From Dimorphilus gyrociliatus (taxonomy: Eukaryota > Animalia > Annelida), in assembly GCA_904063045.1 (NCBI GenBank), contig CAJFCJ010000025.1, forward strand, positions 124,001-188,000: a stretch of 64,000 nucleotides of DNA. The letters are read 5' to 3'. Position 1 is the first letter of the stretch. Every line of letters begins with the position of its first letter. The notes below the pieces were generated by a model, which was not told where the DNA came from, ran no database searches, and saw nothing but the letters and a program-made list of their open reading frames with translations. Shown here in pieces: positions 1 to 18,143 of this stretch. The translations under genes and the position numbers were made by a program.

Positions 1-520
1 AAAGTCACTTCTTATGGATTACGCTGCGCGTGGAACCCATGTTATGTTACTATTTTATGTTATGTGCTAATCCAGAAGCCCAGGCGAATTAAGAAGAAAC
101 ACAATTCAGAAAAATTCAAAATATTGTATATGTACAAAACAAACTTACTATATGCGATTTTACCTTCATAAGTTTTCTTGTTAATGTAAGACAAACAATG
201 TAAAAGATTTTGCGTCGTTACCTGCAATATACAATTAAAGGTAAATTAATTGTATATAAATAATGGCAGCTACAATCTAGTACGTCATTTATCCATAGCA
301 GATAAAAACAGTAGTGATAAACGGTAATAATGCGGCAGATATTTTTCATTGAATAATCTAAAAACAAAACAAACACACAGCTAAAATGTAAACAAAATTT
401 TTTGTCAGTACTGGAAGTCAACTTTATTGATTTTATGTAATTTTTATCAATATTATTTTGGTTTGTTTAATATGCTAATTGTTTTTTTTCTCATATTTTA
501 AGTCCTTATTATTACTCTTA

Positions 521-585
521 ACTAGTACTACAGCGACAACTACTATTACTACTACTACAACCACTACTACTACTATTATTATTAT
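521..585. repeat. Imperfect (ACT)n/(ATT)n trinucleotide microsatellite
   Basis: actagtactacagcgacaactactattactactactacaaccactactactactattattatt. Confidence 0.8.
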
Positions 586-1257
586 AATTATTGATGATAT
601 TAAATTATTAAATTATCACTATTATTTGCATATTCAAATTATGTAAGACTATTACGCAAAAAAGGGCAAAAAAAGTGAAAATTTTACCTTAAAATATGAA
701 AAAAAAGGAAACGAAAAATTCTTTTTCTTTCAATGTTGTTTGTAAATTACTTTTTAATTGAATATATACAGAATATATACTGTATATATTTTCGTTTTCC
801 TGTTTTGTCAAGTTGGAAGTTTTACGTCGTAGTAACGTTTGTCATCCGTGTTTGCGAATATCATACGAATTACAAGTGTTTTAATCGTAATTTTAAAACA
901 AATTCAATGTTTGATAAAACTTAAAAAATGTTTAATTATAAAAGAAATATGAAAGTAAATATTATAATAAATGTTGTGTTTTTCTTCATATATAAATCTA
1001 TATATAAAGGGAAAATGCAATAAATACAAAGTCCTTTAAACTGACGTTATTCTTCAGTTTTAAGGAAACAAAAAAAAACTTATTTCTTCTTTCGCTTTTC
1101 GTCAAATATTTTACGAAGATATTCCAATCTTTACCCTGATTACGGGGAAAAAACAGTCATTTTATTGGAGATAAACAAATTGAAACCGAAGAAGGAGAAA
1201 GGATATAGATAATTTGTAAGTTGAAGAAAGCTTGTTCTAAACACTTTTAATTGTTAT

Positions 1258-3332
1258 TTAAAGAAGGACGAAATCTTCAAAATGATTGTCCCGAGAATTT
1301 CGATTTATTGATAATGCCTGTGCTGGTGTTGATTCTTTATCAATTATTGAAAAAACGGGATATTTCATCGGCGGTGTTGAGTCATTCCGTCTTTCTTTAG
1401 TGATACAATACTAAAAGTATAAAAATTATTCATAATTAATAATAATAAACAAACATGAAGAATTTAAATTCTTTTACAAACCTTTTGAATATTCTCCCGT
1501 AACTCGCTTAGGTGCTGTCGACTTTTGCAGATAAAACATATTGTACAACTTGGATCTAGTTTTCCGAAAGACATTTTTCTGGGCTCCCGGCAATGAAAAG
1601 TTTCAATAGATGTCATTTCATCTTTTAAATTAACTGATTCTTGACATAAATGAGGATCCAAATATATAAATTCATCTTCTTGACTACCACAAACCCAAAC
1701 GGAATGTCTAGGCTTTCCACCTAACACACCAGCACATCCGTCAAATGACAATATACCTTTTAAACATTCTGCATAGTCTCTATTTAATTTTTCACCCCCT
1801 AATCGAACAGGAATTAGAATTAAAACACTTTTCCAATTTCCCTCTCCATCCATTGCTAATTTCTCAACATCTTTCATAAAAACTGTTAAAATATAAAGTT
1901 GTTTATATTATATATTTAATGATTTACATAATAAACAACTGCAAAGCCTATTTTACTATATGCCAGAAAATATAAAACAAAGGTAAATATCGTCCGATGT
2001 TTAACCTATTAACCGTATCTATCAAACTTCATTCTCAGCGAACTCGGCCGCTTTCATTAGGCCTATTGGACTAACATAGCCATCAGAATTACAATTAATT
2101 TCCAACGGGAAATGTAACTTGAATAAAGACTAATCGTTATGCCTAAAACCATCATTTAGAAAGACCTTATAAATACACATTAACTGTTTTTAGTTCAATT
2201 GGTGGTCTAAATCAGTAGTTTACTTCTTTATATGTTATTTATAGTAATATATATAGTATATATATATGCGTGTGAAAACAAACCTGTACAGTTTTCAGCA
2301 ATATACACACAAAATCTTGATAAAGGATTCACTGAAGAGTACTCCAAAATACATTTTTTCTTTTTTCTATTAGTATTCATATCTTCTATACAATCCTTAA
2401 TAATGCAGGCCATAGTTGCTGGACCAAACCAATCTTTAGCTTTTTTACCATAATTCCTTGCAATTTCAATCATTGCGTGTATTGAAAGAGGACCTAACGG
2501 TTCCGAATAATCGTTAAATAGTTCAATTATTGATCTATGAGTTGATAGCTCGCAGGAATTTTGTTGTAATCTCCAACTTCTATTTAATAAATGTTGAGAT
2601 ATGGCAAAGCCTAACATCATTTGACCAACTCTTAACATACAACCCCAACCTAAGTCTGTTTTAAGATTGTCTGAATTTGGTAATGGATGCATATTTTGGC
2701 GGTAGGTAAAGCGTATTCGAGTGTATATATCCCTTTTAAATTCTTCCATTCCTAGTTTACCTTCTGCAATTAGACTTCTACGAAAATCATGAGGTATTGC
2801 TGCGGGAAAACAAAAATAAATAGATATGTAAGAATAACTTTGCTAAATTGTAGAATATTAAAAAATATCTATGTTTATTACTTAGAGGCATAGATGAAGA
2901 CTTTCGATGATATAAATTTCCTAATAATATTATGGGATGATCGTAGCTAAATTGAGTTTTAGTTTTTAATATGAAACCATGTCTGAAATTATTCAACTTG
3001 GCGAATAGTTCAGTTTTTATGTCTCTTTTCTCTTCAGTTTTGTTCGATGAGTTATCCATATCCGGTAAATTATTTCGCACTGACAACGCTTTAAATCTAT
3101 CATTCATATTCTCTTCAGGCGGGGCATTATACATACTGCTACACATGTCCCATGACGCTGGTCCATCAACATGAACTTCTGAGCAACTGTCAAGAAGATC
3201 ATGTTCAACATGCTCAAACGACCTGCTTCTCCTTAGGCTGGATCTGATATCATCGATATCTGACCAGGATTGAAAAGATTCGATGTCATTCACGGGAGGA
3301 TTGCATGCGTTTGCACCAGTGCAATTATTCAT
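1258..3332 (-). CDS. ATG4: Autophagy cysteine protease ATG4 (ATG4C/D-like), about 494 aa, 4 coding exons (3332-2882, 2763-2284, 1882-1482, 1410-1258)
   Basis: Catalytic Cys in GWGCMLR and catalytic Asp/His in IYLDPH. ATG4 motifs LIPVRLGG and GGKPRHS. All three introns are GT-AG and phase-consistent. The C-terminus EDFVLL* is the ATG4C/D-type LIR motif. The long N-terminal extension is typical of C/D. Confidence 0.93.
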
Positions 3333-3685
3333 ATTCTAAAAGAGATAATTAATCGAGATTTGTTATGTTTATGTCGCCATCTTGAAAGTTAGTTAGACTT
3401 CTTTAACTCCACACTAAAATGATCGAATAATTTTTGGAAGGCCTCAGGATACCAGACTACGAGACTGGTTACACCCGTACTTCCTGTGTACGAGAGTCTT
3501 ATGAGTTTGTTTGAAGAGTTTTTTTGCCCTAACTTTGCTATAAATATTCTAGAAACGCTGTTAAACGACTAAAGAATATAAAGAGTAATTATTTAAATCA
3601 ATGTAATAATTTATTTTTTATTTCTACTTTCTGTAGAGTTACCATCAAGATTCATCCTCTTCTGTTCGGTTCTTTTTAATTCGAT
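3333..3685. promoter_or_regulatory. Putative bidirectional promoter ATG4/PHF14
   Basis: Head-to-head start codons 353 bp apart. A YY1-like CGCCATCTT lies at about 3375-3383. Confidence 0.6.
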
Positions 3686-4316
3686 ATGGCCGACGACGCA
3701 GTCATTCCCGTGGATGTTGATTTTCTCTATAAAGAACGAGAGGCAGGAAAAAGAAGGGTAAAACCTGTAGCAGCAAAGTATACTCAACTGTTTGCGAATC
3801 TAGAGAATGATGAAAGTGATGTCGAATTTGAATGTCCCGATTCAAATTCAGCCTATACAGATAGTTCTGAGGACGGTAGACCAACAACTTCTGCTGAATC
3901 GAGTGACGAAGAAATAACGAATACACCTATTGAAAATAATGTCTCCTTAGAAAATGAAGAATTTTTCGATATGAATTTAACTCCAATTATGAATAGTTTA
4001 AAAATTTGTAGCGTTTGTTTAAAAACGGATAATTCAGATGAAAATGAAATCATACAATGCGATAATTGCGCTATTCAGGTTAGTTTCTCATAATATAGCG
4101 TTTTCTCTACTTATATACAGTATTGAATGAATAGTATCTAACTTATAACATGATTATGCCTGTTCCAGTTTTAGGACAGCCCTGTTGATTGATTAATTAA
4201 ATTAAAAATAAAAAAAAACGTGATAATTTACTATCATTTGAACTATTTAGGAAAAGAGAGATGACTAAGAAAAGAATTAGTAATAACTAAATACGCATAT
4301 AATCAAGTATATTTCT

Positions 4317-4370
<54 letters not shown>

Positions 4371-6194
4371 GAAATCTTAGATTAGGATAGTTAATACGTG
4401 TACCTTAATTAATCATTCACTAATGGTTTTCTTTTCCAAATGGCTTATATTTAAAAATTATAAAGGAGATGTGAAAAAGACTTAAATGTAGACAGCTATT
4501 TCGTTATTCATAATTTCCTATTTTAAACTCTTATAAATGACAAAATAAGGCTAACAGAACATTCTTAACCAGACTTTTAGCGTTTAACAAAGTTCATATT
4601 AAAAATAATCTATATCTTTATTTTTATAATTAGGTTCACGAAATGTGCTATGGTGTTCCTGATACTTCTAGTTTAGACTCTGATGCTTCGTCAGCCTCTA
4701 CTGAGCCTTGGTTTTGCGATGCTTGTAAGGCGGGGGTCGAACCGCATTGTGAACTATGTCCAAATGAATTTGGAATATTTAAGAAAGCAGAAAATGGAAA
4801 ATTAGTACACTTAATATGTGCTTTTTACGTTAAAGGTGTACAATTTCGAAATACTGACACGTTCAGTCCAGTCGTTCTGAGTGGAGTACAAAATTCTAGA
4901 TTTGGTGCCAGAAATTGCGGTTTATGCGAAGATAAAAGACTAGCTAGATCCGGTATTTGCGTAACTTGCGAAGCAGGTAAAAATATAACTATTTGTGTAA
5001 AGCATATACTTGAGCTTTCTTTTAAATCAAAAACCTCTTGCAAATTTTTCCTTTTAAGGTATGTGTAAGAGAAGCTATCACGTGACCTGTGCTCAAAGAG
5101 AGGGTCTGTTGTTGGAAGATAATTCCGTAAACGATTCAAAGCACGATCCATTTTACCTATACTGTTTTCAACACAATAAAAACGAAGATAGATACTCTCA
5201 AAAGAAGAACTTTACGTTATCGCTGACTTTGTTAAAATCAGATAAGAAAAAACTAATTGAAGTTGATGAAAATTCAAAACAGAGAATGATTAAGTACCTT
5301 CAAGCCCATCGCGAAAAATTTGATAGTGATGAAAAAATTCGTCTTGATTTAGACAGAGAAAGTTATAAATTAGAGAATAGTAAAAGCGCACCAAAGGGGA
5401 GTCGTTCTGTCACAACATGTCCTTACGCTGTAAAAATGTTACTCAAAAAGGCTAGGGCATCTGGATGGGAAACTTCAGGTAATGAATTGCGTGAAGCGAA
5501 CGCTCCTAAACAACTTTCCGTAACGCCAGCCTTAACGGGACACTTTGCTTCTTACTTCTTCGATAGAGAAACGGTTATAGCTAATTTAAAGAGTGATAAA
5601 ACAAAAAATGAGAAGAAATGTCTTCGCTTGGAGAAGGAGGTTACCCGTTTAGAAGGTGAAAGAGAGGAATTAAAACTTATTAAAGAGCAAATTATAAACG
5701 ATTTAGTAAATATTAAAAACAATGGATATATGCTATACTCCTGCCTCCAGAAATTGCAACCGCAAATACATATACCCTACTACCTTCAGCCAACGATTGC
5801 CGCACCTAGGATTACAAATGGAAGTCCTTCAAAGAAGCTGGGTGTACATTCAAAAATATCTGCTTATGCTGACGAAGTTAGTCCAAAAAAAGGTAGACCT
5901 CAAAAGGATTCAAAGATCTCGTACGATGAGTGTCGAGTTTGCAAGAAGAAGGCAAACAAGCCCAGTAGTGTTAAATGCGATAGGTGTCTTTATATTTATC
6001 ATTTAAAATGTTTAGATCCGCCATTGAAAAGATCTCCTAAACAACCTGGATACGGTTGGCATTGTACTCACTGCGATTCTTCTGATAGTGAAGAGGAAAA
6101 TGAAAATTCCAGGAAAAAAAGAAAAGTAACAATGAGAGCTTCAAAATATCCTAGTGATGACTTTGTAACGTGTCTATGGGGAGAGGACGATTAG
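3686..6194 (+). CDS. PHF14: PHD finger protein 14 (PZP module + coiled coil + C-terminal PHD), 3 exons (3686-4078, 4634-4976, 5059-6194)
   Basis: PHD1 CSVC...IIQCDNCAIQ|VHEMCYG, STEPWFCDAC, Zn knuckle CELCPNEFGIFK, VHLICAFY, ePHD GICVTCEA|GMCKRSYHVTCAQREGLL, coiled coil, then PHD CRVC...CDRCLYIYHLKCLDPPL...WHCTHC. Splice phases are consistent. Confidence 0.88.
4323..4366. repeat. (TA)n microsatellite in PHF14 intron 1
   Basis: Uninterrupted run of about 22 TA units. Confidence 0.95.
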
Positions 6195-6926
6195 CTTTTT
6201 TAATTTTTACTCTCCTTATCGTTATTGTTTCTTCCTCAAAATAAAAGAAAGAACATTTCACGTATGTTCCAAACGGTGCTAGTAACAACTAGATATTCTC
6301 CTGTAAATTTTTTCTTTTACATTTAACATTGTTCTATCAACTGTCATCCATGTAAAACTGATAACACAAAAGTATATACGATAATACATGATAACTCATT
6401 ATGTGTTCATGTTCATATGATTTATGGCAATAATCAGATGAATATATTGATAAGCATGTTATCGACAATAGACACATTAATAAAACCTTTATATATTATT
6501 ATTAGATATGCTTTATTGTTTTTTTTTTGTTTTCCCGCCAAAGGCAAGGCATTTCTCTCTTTATTGCACTAATTAAGTTTTGACACATGAGTACTTAAAC
6601 TTGAATTTTTTTTGTTTTAATAATCACTTTAGCAATTTGCCTAACTTTTAGTGTATGTTACCTTTTTTAAAAGCTTTCTTTAAGCTTCAAACACGTTGGG
6701 AAAGCCTGTTTTATTAAAAAACAAATTATACCTTTCGGTGCTTTCTGATTTTAGAAGATATACAATATCTCACAAATACGTCTGTTTTTTTCAAGTTATG
6801 CATTTGCATTAAAAATCTTAGTTTTATACTATAACCGGTAAAATCAATGACCTCTTTAACACACGTAACCGTTCGAACGTAGTAAGTATTAATAATATGT
6901 AAAGCCGCGTAAAAAAATCTTTAAAA

Positions 6927-11337
<4,411 letters not shown>

Positions 11338-12655
11338 TTATAGCGCCACCTATAATAGCGCGGGAAATAGTTAATAGAAGCTTTTTTTAGAAATGTATAA
11401 TTCTATTTAAAGAAAAATTTGAATATTTTAAAACACTATAAAGTAAATATTACACTTAAAGACAAATGTTTTTGTAAGGAATAAACATTTAAAGAGCGAA
11501 AATAGGATATATTTATACGATAGAACTATAAAGAAACATCTGACAAATTCTATTTATAACTAATACATCATTATCATTATTATTACAGAGATAAAAATAT
11601 TTAATCTCCTAATGGAACACCTTACTATATAAACTCTTTTGATTGGACAAAGTGACAATAACAAGAAAAACGTTTATGATAAATCTACTATTTTCCGCTA
11701 GCTCGCAATATTTTAACAACTAGTAGTTGATAGATTAAGTAAGAGACTAAGAAAGAGCAAAAAAAGAGAGATCAACAAAGCTTAATTCCCTTAACAATTT
11801 ATCGCTTTAAATCAAAACTTTTTAACAAGATATTGATTAGTGCCAAATAGTTTTTATACGCTTCAAAAAAATCGAATTTTCTTAAGTAAATGAAGACAAT
11901 TTGATATTATATTGTATATATATATAAGAGAAAAAATGATTTATTACTATTACATTGCCAACTCTTGGAATCATTGTATTCATATATTAAAATTATATAA
12001 ATATTCGTAATCATTACGCCTGGATTAATTATCATTTTATATTTTTCCTTTTTAATTTCTTTTTCTAATCGGATACATTATTACAAAATAAATAATTGGA
12101 ATAAGTAGTATATAAATGTTTATATGATCATTTATTTATTCAATTATTAACAGCAATTACAGGTGTAAACTTTGAAAAGGATAACGTCAGCATAGTTGTT
12201 TTTTTTTTGTTTTTTATGAAAATAATAAATAGTAAACAAAATCTATCAAGCAGTAAATATTAACAAGAATCGATTATCACGTAAGATCTATGACCAATCA
12301 CTTTATTGAAATCGCCAACCGTTCAGGCCATTAGTCAATAATCTCTCAAGCAAAGGCCCCTTTCTTCTGTCTCTCTCTCTCTCTCTTCCTGTGTATTACC
12401 CCCTTCCTCTCCCCCCACCCCCCGTCGGATACCCCCTTACTCTGTCTTTCTTTCTCAATTTTCATATCTTTGTCTGAAGGATTTGTAGACACTTATACGT
12501 GTATGAAGAAGAGTTACAAGAAGAATAAGATACTCTTAGTGTAGTGTGGAGAGTAGAGAACAGGAAAAATTTGGAAAAAGAAAAGTTTATCGATCTGTTT
12601 GATATTTATTTAAGGATAATATCGGAATTATTGAAGATTATATAACGTTTTTATA

Positions 12656-14664
12656 ATGGAACGCTTATTGGCTAGTGTAGCCATATCTATAGGAACTGTT
12701 GTTCAACCGAGAAATGATGATGATATAATGGCACGTTTAAGTCACCGATATACGACATTTTTACTCGCTCTCTGCTCAATTGTGGTAACAACCAAACACT
12801 ACGTTGGTGAGCCTATTAACTGTTGGGTACCAGCTCAATTCACAGATAACCATGAAGATTACGCAAACAAAGTATGTTGGGTATCAAATACTTATTACAT
12901 TCCTTTTAAGCAAAGAATACCAAACGTCGATGCTCCGAGAGAAATGATTGGGTATTATCAATGGGTTCCTTTAATAATGTTGTTGCAAGCTGCAGCCTAC
13001 TATTTGCCAGTTATGATATGGAGATGGCTTAGTTTTGGTTCAGGAATTGACTGCCATGACATCATTTATACAGCAAAATCTTTACAGAATGTTTGCTATG
13101 AACAGGATAGAGAAAAAACCATGAGATATCTAACAGGGCAAATTGGGAGGTAAAAATAAGACATTTGTTTATGTTTATAATGACCAATATTGCCATAGTA
13201 TCTCTCTTTGTACTCAAGTTATACCTTTTACTTGCGGTTAGTCGCTGGTGGTAGTTTTGACAACATTAAAGCATTTCTTTTGCTTATTTAATTATATTTT
13301 TCATTCTTCTCTCTGCTTCTGACGTCTATCAACCGTTTTTATTTCATATTTCATTCATTTAAATTTTCTTCAATTACTCTTAATAATTCTCTTAGGAGTA
13401 TATATAACCCTAAGGCTATAGGCAGGTATTCACAGAAGATCAATATCCTCGAATTTCAGATCCAAGTTAGAAATTGATCCATATAGAGAAATTTTTTTGA
13501 TTCCTTTTCTTATAGGGGGAATGAAGGGGGGGGGGATTAAATCTGTGTATTTTCACTAATTATTTATACTTCTTCTTAAATATTCTTTAAAATATCGATT
13601 AAATAGAGACAGTTAACATTTTTTATATATGATTATGAAAATAAATATATATTACTTTTTCAAGAATTTCCCTCTCATATTTCATATGCGAAGGAGGGGA
13701 ATTTTGTATACATAAACTCTACAGTGTTTTCATATGATTCATTAAATAAATCTCCCTTATATTCTTTAATGATTACTGAAATTCTAGTAGTCGTAGACAT
13801 AATAATAATATGTAGGCCTGTTTTTTCTATATATTTACACTGTAGTAGTAAATAAATCTTTCCATTTGATACAAATAGATACTCAATTTGTTAATTAAAG
13901 CATTTAATTTTACTAATTAGTTTTTACTTGGCAGATTTTTACAACAGCACCGAATAATACACTACTATAATCGAAAACCGGAGAATATATGTATAAGATT
14001 GCGTAATTTCCTATCAAGAAGGTTGTTTTGTGGAAAGGCTTATGGCAATTATTTAGTATTCTGTTATATTCTTGTTAAGTTCTTTTACGGCTTAAATGCC
14101 TGTGCCCAGTTATTCATATTGGATATATTTATAGGCAATGATTATTATCTATACGGTTTTCAAGTAATTAAAGGTCTCCTTAAAAATGAAAATTGGGAGA
14201 GTTCACCAAAATTTCCAAGGGTTACTCTATGCGATTTTGAAGTAAGACACCTTGGTGGAAACTTACATAGACATACCGTTCAATGTGTATTACCTATAAA
14301 TCTGTTTCATGAGAAAATTTACATTTTAATATGGTTCTGGTTTACTTTACTTGCCCTAATTAGCGTACTATCTATGATTACTTGGACATGGAGATGCTTT
14401 AGCCTTTGGGATGGTACGGAATACATTCACACAAAATTAGTCAACTTTCAAAAGGTCTCCAAAAAAGATAAGGAAAGAGTAAGCAATTTTGTGACGAGAT
14501 ATTTAAGGCACGATGGAATTTTTGTTATAAGACTTATAGAGATAAACGTAAATAGTCTAACGGCTGGAGAAATAACAAGTGGTATGTGGGAAATTTTCAC
14601 AATAAGTCCGAAAGCTGCTTACTATTATAACAAGAACAGAAGTTCTACTGCATTAGATGTTTAA
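12656..14664 (+). CDS. inx: Innexin gap-junction protein, about 407 aa, 2 exons (12656-13149, 13935-14664)
   Basis: Signature YYQWVP. Extracellular cysteines in INCWVP, KVCWV, FPRVTLCDF and VQCVLPINLFHEKIY. Four hydrophobic segments. The phase-2 intron (AG|gtaaaa ... ttggcag|A) joins the two ORFs. Confidence 0.95.
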
Positions 14665-15242
14665 GTTGTATTGTATCATTTGACAGAACATTAGACTTTC
14701 ACTTTATCTATTGGTGTGGGAAGTTCTTTTCAATAAACTTCAAATATTCATTCCCTTTTAGATTATATATGGTAATAACTCTCTTTTTTCACTCTTCGCC
14801 CTTTTCCCTCTTCCTAGGATCATCGTTCTTGATTTTATTAACAATTAGGTCCACTATAATCTTAGCTTGGAATTCTTGGTCGTAAAATAATTCATCTTTT
14901 TCAACAAACTTTACTATTTATTCTTCAAGTATTTGATTGCGGTATTTTCTTAATTCTCTGATAAAATACAAATATATTACATTGTACAATATAAATGACA
15001 TACGATGTAAAAATTACCTTTTATGTTCTTACGAATTAAAAGACGCAGTTGAAACGTTTACTCTTTTCATTATTTTATTAAGATAATTATTTCATTTATC
15101 GTCAAAATGTTCAACATTTCTATTTGCATTTACTTTTAAAAAGTACCAAATAGTCAACATAATACCAAAAATAACGCAAATATTCCAAATTAGATAGAAA
15201 TTTATTCTCATGTTTTAGCCGACAATATTGCAGCTCTTCAAG

Positions 15243-15255
15243 AGCGCCATCTAGC
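15243..15255. promoter_or_regulatory. CTCF-like motif AGCGCCATCTAGC upstream of the PP2C gene
   Basis: Identical 13-mer at 35335-35347. Resembles the CTCF core GCGCC(A/C)(T/C)CTAG. Confidence 0.4.
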
Positions 15256-15284
15256 ATTTTAAAGAGTCATAGTAATGTAGGCCT

Positions 15285-16544
15285 ATGGATTTCCAAAAAA
15301 CTTGTTTACAGCAACTAGGCCATTGGAATACAGTACCAATAACTGCAAAGTGTAGTTACCGCCTTGTGGAAAAAAGAATGGTTTTTATGGATTGTTGTAG
15401 TTATTTATTTGACCTAAGAACGTTAACATGGGGATTTGGTGTTTTGGTAACTTATTATCTATTTAAAAAGAGATCAGGAAAGGAAGATAAGTCAGGAAAA
15501 GTTTGTTGGCGTATGAGTAAGGGTCTTGTAGCGTGCGTTGCCTATCAAGGTCAACGTCAAACTATGGAAGATCGTATGAATATAATAAGATCAGGAAAAG
15601 TAGGAGATATTTATTCGGTTTTTGATGGACATGGTGGTGAATTTGCTGTTGAATTTGTTGAAAAAATGCTCATTTCAAGACTTTTAACAAGACTTTATAA
15701 ACCATTTTCGAATGGTTTAAAAGGGTAAGAAACAATCTCTTTCCATCACTGACGTAAACTAAATTCGAAGAAAACAACCGATTAGAAACAGGTGCTAAGG
15801 AAGAAAAAAAAAGTTTACAAAAACAAAAGAGAGAGAGAGAGAGAGAGAAAGAAAAAGAACGAATTCTATTCATTGTTGATTAATAGTTTTAGAATAAGAT
15901 AATTTTGAGTTACCCATTTTCTGACCTCTCCATATCAATAATTTTCCATATAATAATCTCTTTATTAAATTTTCTACAGACGTTATTTACAGTCTATGAT
16001 ACGTCAAGAGATTGCTTACGTTGCTAATCTTCTTAATAAGATTGAAGATGAAAGTGGTGAAAAATCTGGCACTACAGTGTGTGTAACACTAAAAAAGAAT
16101 GATAAAATATACATTGCGAATGTTGGAGATAGCAGGGCATTGGTTTGTACAAATGATAACAAAATTATTCAGATAACCAGGGACCATAAACCAAATGATA
16201 AACTTGAGAGAAAACGTATTGAAAAATCTGGAAGTTATGTTAAATTTGTTCAAACAATCTGTAGGTTAGAAGGTATTCTTAGCGTCTCAAGAACTTTGGG
16301 TGATAGGCAAGTTGGTGGAGTATCAAACGAACCTGATATATTTGTTAGGAATACCCAAGATTGTAAATTTCTACTCATGGCAACTGATGGTTTCTGGGAT
16401 GCTTTTACAAATGAAGAAGCAGTTGAAACAATATTACAAAGAAGGAAACAATTCTCATTAAAAAACACTTGCGAATTTTTAACAAAAATGGCCGAAGTTT
16501 ACGGAAGTATGGATAATATAACCGTTTTAATAGCAGAATTTTAA
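15285..16544 (+). CDS. PP2C-family Ser/Thr phosphatase with N-terminal membrane anchor (PPM1L-like), 2 exons (15285-15724, 15980-16544); the start could be 15378
   Basis: PP2C motifs QGQRQTMEDR, VFDGHGG, ANVGDSRA, RDHKP, LSVSRTLGD, LMATDGFWD and GSMDNITV, with all metal-binding Asp present. Hydrophobic LTWGFGVLVTYYLF near the N-terminus. Confidence 0.87.
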
Positions 16545-17094
16545 TTTATAGAATTATATTACGCGATTTAACTTTCTTATTTGTTTTATTCTTCTTTTCT
16601 CATTAATATTCATTAATTTCTTTTATGTAATTGTGTTTATACTTAATTTTATTTAAATAATACTTAAAAACTGTTACAAATAAAATAAGAAACTGCAACC
16701 TAGATAATGCCACTTTTGATGTTTGATTTTTCCTCCGCAATTTGTACGAGACGATATTATAATCACTTGAATCAATCAGAAAATATCACTTAATGAGATG
16801 GTGACTAAGTTAGTAATTAGCTATTATAAACTCTGGTTTTAAAATAGGACAGATCTAGAATTGATAAAAATAGAAAATATCTTATAAAACAATTAATATT
16901 CTTTTCAGATAAAGAGATGCTTCTTTATTCCTCACTCTCTCTCTCTCTTTCTCTCTTTCTCTTCTTCAATAGATTATCTAGCTTCACTAAATAATGCGCC
17001 GTTAAAGATCATTCTATCCCATTTATAATTACGTAATGGAAAGTCTTTACTTAAGATATAGAACGGGTAATCTTGTTTAAATATTTGTATAATG

Positions 17095-17108
17095 GTAACT
17101 AAGGTAAC
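17095..17108. promoter_or_regulatory. Possible RFX X-box GTAACTAAGGTAAC upstream of the orphan 7TM gene
   Basis: 13/14 match to RTHNYYWTRRNRAC. It could instead be a 5'UTR splice donor (aag|gtaaca). Confidence 0.3.
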
Positions 17109-17156
17109 AAAAATATAGAGATAAGGATAAAAGCTTCTCGCTTTCATTCAGCCGTC

Positions 17157-18143
17157 ATGGATGTATTCTATTACAATTTTGATTCAGTTTATTACGGAGG
17201 AACACTAATTGTTGGAATAGTACTAAACATTTGGGTAAGTTTATATTATATAGGTATATCTATTAATTATACTTAATACTTGCAATTTTGCGTTATATAT
17301 CGGATTGTTTTTTAGATATTAATAGTAACTTTTGGAACGAAACGGCGGCGAAGGGATCCCCTCTTACTATACCAACTAATTATAATGTGTTATATGTCTA
17401 TAATTCATATATATTGCTTAATAAGATGGGTTTACTTTTTAAGAGGTGACGATGGAACAAAGTGGTCAGAAAGTAGAGATTGCCATATTTCTGGAATGTT
17501 GTTCACAGCTTCATTAATAGGATTGAATGTTTCTTATACTGTTGATCTTACATTGTTATATTTTATCTTAAAAAATTCCTTAAAAACGCAATTAAATATT
17601 ACAAATTATAAACTTCTGATAATTTTTGTGGTCGTATCGTCTCTATCAGTAGGAATAGCCCTGGTTGGATTTATTCCAGGGTTATATTCGAAAAATCCAA
17701 TTTGTCTACCATTCAATTATCCTGAAAATAATTATAAAACTTTTCAAATTGTCTTTACCTTAACTGTTGTTTTGCTTACTTTTATATGTTTTATAGTAAC
17801 GATGGTTGAGATTATTCATACGAAAGTGGTTATATTAAAAGGACCTTCAAATGATTCAAGACATCCTCCGAAGATATCATTGAAGACTAGCCTCTTTTAT
17901 TGCTGTTTAAATTTTACATTCTATACATCACAAATAGTAATTTTAATGATTACATTATTGTCAAAAAGTCAAAAATCAGCTTTGGAATGGAAAATTCGAA
18001 TACTATTACCAATATTAGTAATATCAGCATTTTGTAGAGGAAGAATGCATAGAAAACAATTCCATAGAGAAACACGTGAAATAGTTCATTCAGTATTTAA
18101 AAAGTCAACAAAAGTTAGCGTCATAACTGAATCAATCACTTAA
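17157..18143 (+). CDS. Orphan 7-transmembrane GPCR-like protein, about 301 aa, 2 exons (17157-17234, 17316-18143); TM core resembles LGR/RXFP receptors
   Basis: Seven hydrophobic segments. ECL1/TM3 WSESRDCHISGML, ECL2 NPICLP, TM7 LLPI. The strong donor TGG|gtaagt and acceptor ttttag| join in phase 0. Confidence 0.7.

Noticed and set aside
1-168. Open frame from base 1 (KVTSYGLRCAWNPCYVTILC...)
   Set aside because: Truncated by the window edge, no recognisable motif, and the 3' half has AT-rich non-coding composition.
218-924. ORFs 218-421 (-) and 733-924 (+)
   Set aside because: F/I/Y/C-rich translations typical of random AT-rich DNA, with no splice or domain support.
2232-3926. Short ORFs antisense to ATG4 and PHF14 (similar cases at 4825-5151, 7227-7463, 19265-19504, 50586-50885, 52428-52706, 59209-59535)
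   Set aside because: Shadow ORFs of real coding exons.
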